Shown here: positions 58,953-64,000 of the stretch, one piece after another
How positions within the stretch are numbered: position 1 is the first letter of the stretch
Layout of the letters: every line of letters starts with the position of its first letter
Virus record (IMG/VR): IMGVR_UViG_3300037502_003770
Span: 186,001-250,000 of that record
Reading direction: 5' to 3' (one strand)
Length of the DNA: 64,000 bases
Translations under genes and position numbers: made by a program
Notes under the pieces: model-generated
The model's input: the letters and a program-made list of their open reading frames with translations, nothing else
Database searches by the model: none
Told to the model about the DNA's origin: nothing

Positions 58953-59444
58953 TTATATAATTTTTTTAATTATTAGATTTAAAAAAGAATTTACATTTGA
59001 AGTAAGACCTTTAAAGAAATAAATCATATTATTAGTTTGTTTATAATTACCTTTTAAATTATAACCTGTAATATTTCTGTTATTAAAGTAAAGTAATTTA
59101 TTAGTATCTTCTGTATTTTTAAAAATTTCAACTATATCCTCTTTATCTACTTCAATAAAATCGGTTTTATAATTTTCACCATTAGCTAAAAATTTGGTAT
59201 TAACAAAACCACCACCTAAAGGTCTATCATTATCTTTTAAACGTTCACCAAAAGTAAAATGGTCGCATACTCTATTTCTTCTATCTTTTCTTTTTGTCCT
59301 ATATAAAAATTGAGGGAAATATAAAGTAAAATTTAACCAAGCGTTACTAATACCGTTACTATTAATAACAACAGTATCTTCATTAGTAATTAATATTCGT
59401 AAATTATCTATTACTGAAGGTATTGGATTGAGTGGGTTAGACAT
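58953..59444 (-). CDS. Hypothetical virion protein
   Basis: Starts 1 nt after the upstream stop. Confidence 0.6.
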   Translation of the reverse strand: MSNPLNPIPSVIDNLRILITNEDTVVINSNGISNAWLNFTLYFPQFLYRTKRKDRRNRVCDHFTFGERLKDNDRPLGGGFVNTKFLANGENYKTDFIEVDKEDIVEIFKNTEDTNKLLYFNNRNITGYNLKGNYKQTNNMIYFFKGLTSNVNSFLNLIIKKII

Positions 59445-59445
59445 A

Positions 59446-61830
59446 TTATTCTAAAGTTAAAGTAGGGTCTATGTAGAAAGTAATTTGGGTTTGTTCAATA
59501 AGTATATTATTGGTGATAGGATTTGTACTTGTATTAGTCATTCTATAACCGTAATGATAGGCTGTTCGTTTTATATTATCAAGTTCAGTTGAACCTGTAA
59601 TAGTTGAAATTCTATTAGGAAGATTAGTATTTTTATCACTTCTACCTATATCTCTATATTGTCTAAAAGTTGTTTTATAATTATTCAAAACAGTATTACT
59701 GGTAAGCGTATAATTCGTACTATAAAGACTTTCTAAGCTATCCAAATAAATTCCATAGTAATTACTACCATCTAAAGCCAGAGTATTTAAATAATCGTTG
59801 TAAGGGTTATTTTCAGTATTAGTTCTGTTTAATATAGTAAAATCTCTTCTATTATAAATTAATTGGTCAATACAAATAAAAACTAAACTATAAAAATTTG
59901 CATAAGCGTTTACTAAATTTAAAGTATTATCAATTACAGGAGTTGGTAAATTCTCATTTGGTAAAATACCATCAGGGTCAAAATTATTTTCAATAACATA
60001 ATCATAACCTAATATAATTTCTTTATTAGAAATTGAAGAATTAACATTTAAAATTAAACCTGTATTAGTATTAAAATTTGTATTACTATCGTTTTTTACT
60101 GGTATATGACAAGCTACACTATATATTTTATTATTTTTAAAAATACTATGTTGTGCAATCCATTTTTTTACATTATTTTCATTACCATTTTCTTTATTAT
60201 TATAATCAAAAGATTGAGGAATTTTTAATTTGATGGTTCCAACTCTGTCTTGTGTTCTTGGATTAGGTAAATCGGTATTTGGTTCAACTATCATATACCC
60301 CCTAAATTCAGAAAATATACCAGTATCATCAGAACTTTCTATTATATTACCTTCTTCATCTGTAATAACTTTTTTTCTATTAGATAAACCTATAACAATA
60401 AAACGACCACTTTCATCTAAAACTAAATAATCTTTATTTTCTTTTAAAAGAGTAATATCATCATCAATATTTAAATTATCAGTAAAACTAGTATTACCTA
60501 ATCTAAATTGTTCTAAAGTATTTTCATCTAAATCAGTAGACATAGATAATACATTTATTTTTAAATTAGTATCTCTATGAGTTTCAATATTTAATTTATT
60601 AGTAAAACCATCATTAGGAGCAGAATCTAACGCATCTTCCATTGAACATTTATTAGTTCTACCATGATTTATAATATCATAGACATTTAAATCATATTTA
60701 TCACCATCTAAATCACAATAATCATTTTTTGTTTTAAATTTAAAAAAAGGTATAATGTTTTTTATTTTAAGACCAAAATAAAACCCAAATCTAAATCTTT
60801 TAAAATCTATTCTATAATCTAATGTTATTACACCATCATCGTCTCTTATATTTCTATCAGCTAACGAACCAACACCCCTACTTATACATAAATTTCTTAA
60901 TCCATAATGAAATCTAAAACCTATTCTATCACCCCAATAATTATCTTTACCCATCATAATAGTTGAACCGAAAATAGTAAAATATGGTTTAATATTTTCC
61001 GTAAGAAAAATATCTTTTCTTGAAATACCTATTTCATTTAAATCAGTATCTTGTGTCCATAAAGGTTGTATATTTACAGAAAGATTCTGACTTATAATAT
61101 TAGGCATTTTTTCAAGTTCATTTTGTTTTATTAAAGAAGAACCGTTTTCAGAAAAAAGATTTTCATTCATACCATTAATTCTTGACATAATTAAAGGATG
61201 TGTTGAAAATTGACCAATATCAGTTAAATCTAAATCATAATGTAATATATAATTACCAATAGGAACACCAAATAACATAAAATCACCTGATTCATTAGTT
61301 ACAGTAGTATATTTTAAATATTTATCGAATACATATAAATAACTTTCATTTGAAAGTAATTCTTCTTTAACAGGTAAAGAACCTACAGGGGTTTTAGGTT
61401 TAAATCCAATACCATAATCGTTATTAAGAAAACCAGTATGTTTATTATATGTTGAATTTTTAGGTAATAAATTATATCTTTTACCAGTAAAATCTTTATC
61501 GTAAACAGTTTCAAAAGGGTAATTAGAAATTGCTTCAATAATTTTAATATTATCAATATTAGTTGAATCTATATTTTTATCATCTTCATCTAAAGGTATA
61601 AATAATGATATTTTTACATTAGGAATACCTGTACCACCATTCGCTAAAACTCTACCAACTAAACAACCATAATCAGATGTAAAAATTCTATAAATATCAG
61701 ATTGTGATATTTTTAAAGAAAGAATATTTAGATAATTAAACGTATTTTTTAAATGTACTTTTATATATTGTTCATTATCAGATACTTTTGTCCTAATTCT
61801 TATATCATCAGTTGTTATGTTGTTTTTCAT
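59446..61830 (-). CDS. Large virion structural protein
   Basis: 794 aa; YGCLVGRV..NGGTGIPNVKISLF and TNESGDFMLFGVPIG resemble a carboxypeptidase-regulatory/prealbumin-like beta domain. Confidence 0.6.
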   Translation of the reverse strand: MKNNITTDDIRIRTKVSDNEQYIKVHLKNTFNYLNILSLKISQSDIYRIFTSDYGCLVGRVLANGGTGIPNVKISLFIPLDEDDKNIDSTNIDNIKIIEAISNYPFETVYDKDFTGKRYNLLPKNSTYNKHTGFLNNDYGIGFKPKTPVGSLPVKEELLSNESYLYVFDKYLKYTTVTNESGDFMLFGVPIGNYILHYDLDLTDIGQFSTHPLIMSRINGMNENLFSENGSSLIKQNELEKMPNIISQNLSVNIQPLWTQDTDLNEIGISRKDIFLTENIKPYFTIFGSTIMMGKDNYWGDRIGFRFHYGLRNLCISRGVGSLADRNIRDDDGVITLDYRIDFKRFRFGFYFGLKIKNIIPFFKFKTKNDYCDLDGDKYDLNVYDIINHGRTNKCSMEDALDSAPNDGFTNKLNIETHRDTNLKINVLSMSTDLDENTLEQFRLGNTSFTDNLNIDDDITLLKENKDYLVLDESGRFIVIGLSNRKKVITDEEGNIIESSDDTGIFSEFRGYMIVEPNTDLPNPRTQDRVGTIKLKIPQSFDYNNKENGNENNVKKWIAQHSIFKNNKIYSVACHIPVKNDSNTNFNTNTGLILNVNSSISNKEIILGYDYVIENNFDPDGILPNENLPTPVIDNTLNLVNAYANFYSLVFICIDQLIYNRRDFTILNRTNTENNPYNDYLNTLALDGSNYYGIYLDSLESLYSTNYTLTSNTVLNNYKTTFRQYRDIGRSDKNTNLPNRISTITGSTELDNIKRTAYHYGYRMTNTSTNPITNNILIEQTQITFYIDPTLTLE

Positions 61831-61862
61831 AAAAAATCTATTTATTTATATATTAAAAGAAA

Positions 61863-63290
61863 ATGGATATTCAATCTCAGTTTATATTAAATAGATTTAA
61901 AAATAAAAATTCAATAGATAAGGATTTTAATTTAAATGGTTATTTAAAAAATACAACAGCATCATTAAATGATGTTGATATGAATACTATTATAAATCTT
62001 AATGATTTTTTTAATAAGAAAAGAAATCTTACTTTAGATTATAAAATATATGGTACATTAAATAATTCAGAAAATTTTCTTTATAATAAAAAAATTAACC
62101 CTTCTAGTATAAGTGATTTCTTAAAAGATACTGATTTTTTTTATGATGAAGATAATTTAGAAAATTCAAATTATGATATTTATAATCAATTTAATTATTA
62201 TATCGTATATCCAAGTAATTATAAATTGGTAGATTCAGATAATAATTATTTTCAAGTGCAATATAAAAAATTATCAGTTAATAATGATTTTAAAATACTA
62301 GATTGTTCATATTCTAATGATATTTACAATGGTAAAATATATAATTATATTATAAATAATGATATTAATATAAAAGATAAATATACTTATTTAGAAAAAT
62401 ATGAAAAAGAAATACCATTAACTGATTTATATTTATATATCGAACCAAAAAATTATACTTCTTTTAATGAAAGAGTTTTTAAAAATTATAATACTTATAA
62501 TAAAAGTTTTTCAGCTTTAACAACAGGATTTAATAATGTTACATCTATTACAACTACATTACTTAATATAATTAAACCATCAAATTTTAGTATATCAGAA
62601 TTTAAAACATTTTATGAGAAAAAATTATTAACATTTTTTAACTTATTTAATTTAGAATTAAATGATATTAATTTTCAAATATTAAAAGAGTTTTTAATAA
62701 ATTATATAGATACATCTGATAATAGATTTTTTGATAAGTCATTATTTTATAAAGAAAATGACGTTTTAAATGGAGAAGTTTATTTTTTTAATGAAGATGA
62801 TTATAGTTTTTCATTAGTTCAAGAACAATATTATTCAATAAAAAATAAAATACAAGATGATTTAATTAATGAAAATAAATATACAGCTTACACTTATAAT
62901 ATAGTAAATAATAAAGTAGAAACTGAATTTGAATTTAAATATAAACCATTTTATCCAATAAATATTAGGAAGTTTTCAAATTATCTTGAAACAATTTATA
63001 TATCAGGAATTAATAATACAATTATACCTGATTATAGTATTAAAAATGAAACATATTATCTATGGAGAGATTTATTGGATATTGGTTTTATTGAACAAGA
63101 TGAAAATGATACTAACGGTGTAGATTACCCTTTTATAAATCAAAAACATTATTTATATAATAATATAAATATACAAGTACTACCTGATTTGTCAGATAGA
63201 AATACAATAATTTTATTTAAAGATTTACTTAGTAATAAAACTATTACAAAAGAAATTAATGAACTTAACATAGGTAATTTTATATGTTAA
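61863..63290 (+). CDS. Hypothetical virion protein
   Basis: 475 aa; CTATTTA at 61838-61844. Confidence 0.65.
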   Translation: MDIQSQFILNRFKNKNSIDKDFNLNGYLKNTTASLNDVDMNTIINLNDFFNKKRNLTLDYKIYGTLNNSENFLYNKKINPSSISDFLKDTDFFYDEDNLENSNYDIYNQFNYYIVYPSNYKLVDSDNNYFQVQYKKLSVNNDFKILDCSYSNDIYNGKIYNYIINNDINIKDKYTYLEKYEKEIPLTDLYLYIEPKNYTSFNERVFKNYNTYNKSFSALTTGFNNVTSITTTLLNIIKPSNFSISEFKTFYEKKLLTFFNLFNLELNDINFQILKEFLINYIDTSDNRFFDKSLFYKENDVLNGEVYFFNEDDYSFSLVQEQYYSIKNKIQDDLINENKYTAYTYNIVNNKVETEFEFKYKPFYPINIRKFSNYLETIYISGINNTIIPDYSIKNETYYLWRDLLDIGFIEQDENDTNGVDYPFINQKHYLYNNINIQVLPDLSDRNTIILFKDLLSNKTITKEINELNIGNFIC

Positions 63291-64000
63291 AATTAAAAGA
63301 TAAAAATAAAGTAATTAACTTTACATTAACTAAAAAAAATGAAAAAGTATCTTCTAAAGAAGATTATAATTCTTATATAAATAAAGTTTCAGAAGAAAAT
63401 ATTATATTTCCAAAAGATGAAGAAATTACATTATTTTATCCTGAAGATAATTTTAATATTATACCATTTTATAAAACAAACAATAGTGATTTTTTATCAT
63501 TTAATACATACACTTCAATATTATATAATGAAAATGAATTAAAATATATTAATGATAATTTAAAGACTTCATATTATATTTTTTCAATATATGATAATTA
63601 TGATAGTAATAACCAAAAATTATTAAATCAATTTAAAATTAATGCTGGTGAGAAAGGTACGTATAATATTGTTAATCAACTTATAACTCCTAGATTAAAA
63701 TATTTTAATAATCAAGGTTTAACTAAATCTTTTAATGTTTTACCTATACCAATAGATAAACTGAAAAATAACACTATTTATTTAAAAATAGTGTTTTTTA
63801 ATTCAAAAAATGGTTTGTTTACTTATTTCAATAATAGTAGTCAAATTTTAACAACTGAGGAAAAAAATTATATAACAACAATAATTAATCCTATAAATAA
63901 AACCTATACTTTTAATAGTAACACTATTGAAATTACCCAATCTTCTATTAAAGATAGTTTTATTTATGAAAATAATAAATTAAATACCAATAAGAATACT
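63284..64000 (+). CDS. Hypothetical protein, 3'-truncated by the window edge
   Basis: ATG at 63284 overlapping upstream stop; the portions translated (start and last ~220 nt) are open and in the same frame (MLKLKDKNK...YLKIVFFNSKNG...). Confidence 0.65.
   Translation, partial: MLKLKDKNKVINFTLTKKNEKVSSKEDYNSYINKVSEENIIFPKDEEITLFYPEDNFNIIPFYKTNNSDFLSFNTYTSILYNENELKYINDNLKTSYYIFSIYDNYDSNNQKLLNQFKINAGEKGTYNIVNQLITPRLKYFNNQGLTKSFNVLPIPIDKLKNNTIYLKIVFFNSKNGLFTYFNNSSQILTTEEKNYITTIINPINKTYTFNSNTIEITQSSIKDSFIYENNKLNTNKNT

Noticed and set aside
2740-60430. Short overlapping ORFs (2740, 8294, 8322, 10493, 11250, 14832, 17492, 37257, 37704, 40151, 45596, 48151, 51988, 53828, 60230)
   Set aside because: Each lies within or antisense to a longer, motif-supported gene and has no independent signal.
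58953-61830. Frameshifted single gene across 59444-59446
   Set aside because: Junction is TAA-T-ATG, an ordinary coupled gene boundary; no evidence in hand for a single ancestral frame.
1-64000. Stop-codon reassignment
   Set aside because: Conserved genes are full length in the standard bacterial code, and TAG/TGA do not interrupt them.

Overview
Very AT-rich DNA from a large T4-like (contractile-tail) bacteriophage genome; all calls are by eye from motifs, with no database searches run. Recognisable virion genes: large terminase (381-2123), portal with a 150-aa mini-intein (3610-6015, inverted), prohead protease (13874-14542), acidic scaffold (15760-17208), major capsid protein (17284-19053), tail tube (35650-36138), tail sheath (36239-39676), a gp26-like hub protein and several large fibre/baseplate-like ORFs (45124-64000). 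A heptamer CTATTTA lies about 12-35 nt upstream of more than 20 virion/late genes on both strands and is the probable late promoter. Accessory content is rich: (i) a full-length Mom-like DNA-modification domain fused in frame to a GIY-YIG/NUMOD endonuclease, next to a GC-rich recoded patch in the capsid gene; (ii) a complete Hen1-Pnkp RNA repair pair; (iii) an IS607-like non-autonomous tnpB element (TGGG flank, GG core at both junctions) that splits a DNA methyltransferase whose two halves rejoin in frame; (iv) a second tnpB with a rearranged RuvC site; (v) five paralogous DUF4116-like repeat proteins with fixed end caps, one fused to a nucleotidyltransferase; (vi) a second array of small paralogs; (vii) many putative capsid-packaged cargo proteins with [LI]-x-E motifs; also an M15 endolysin, PD-(D/E)XK nuclease, AAA ATPase, MazG-like pyrophosphatase, WYL-like protein and Nudix hydrolase. 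No tRNA, rRNA, CRISPR array or reverse transcriptase was seen. Lack of Shine-Dalgarno sites hints at a Bacteroidota host (inference).
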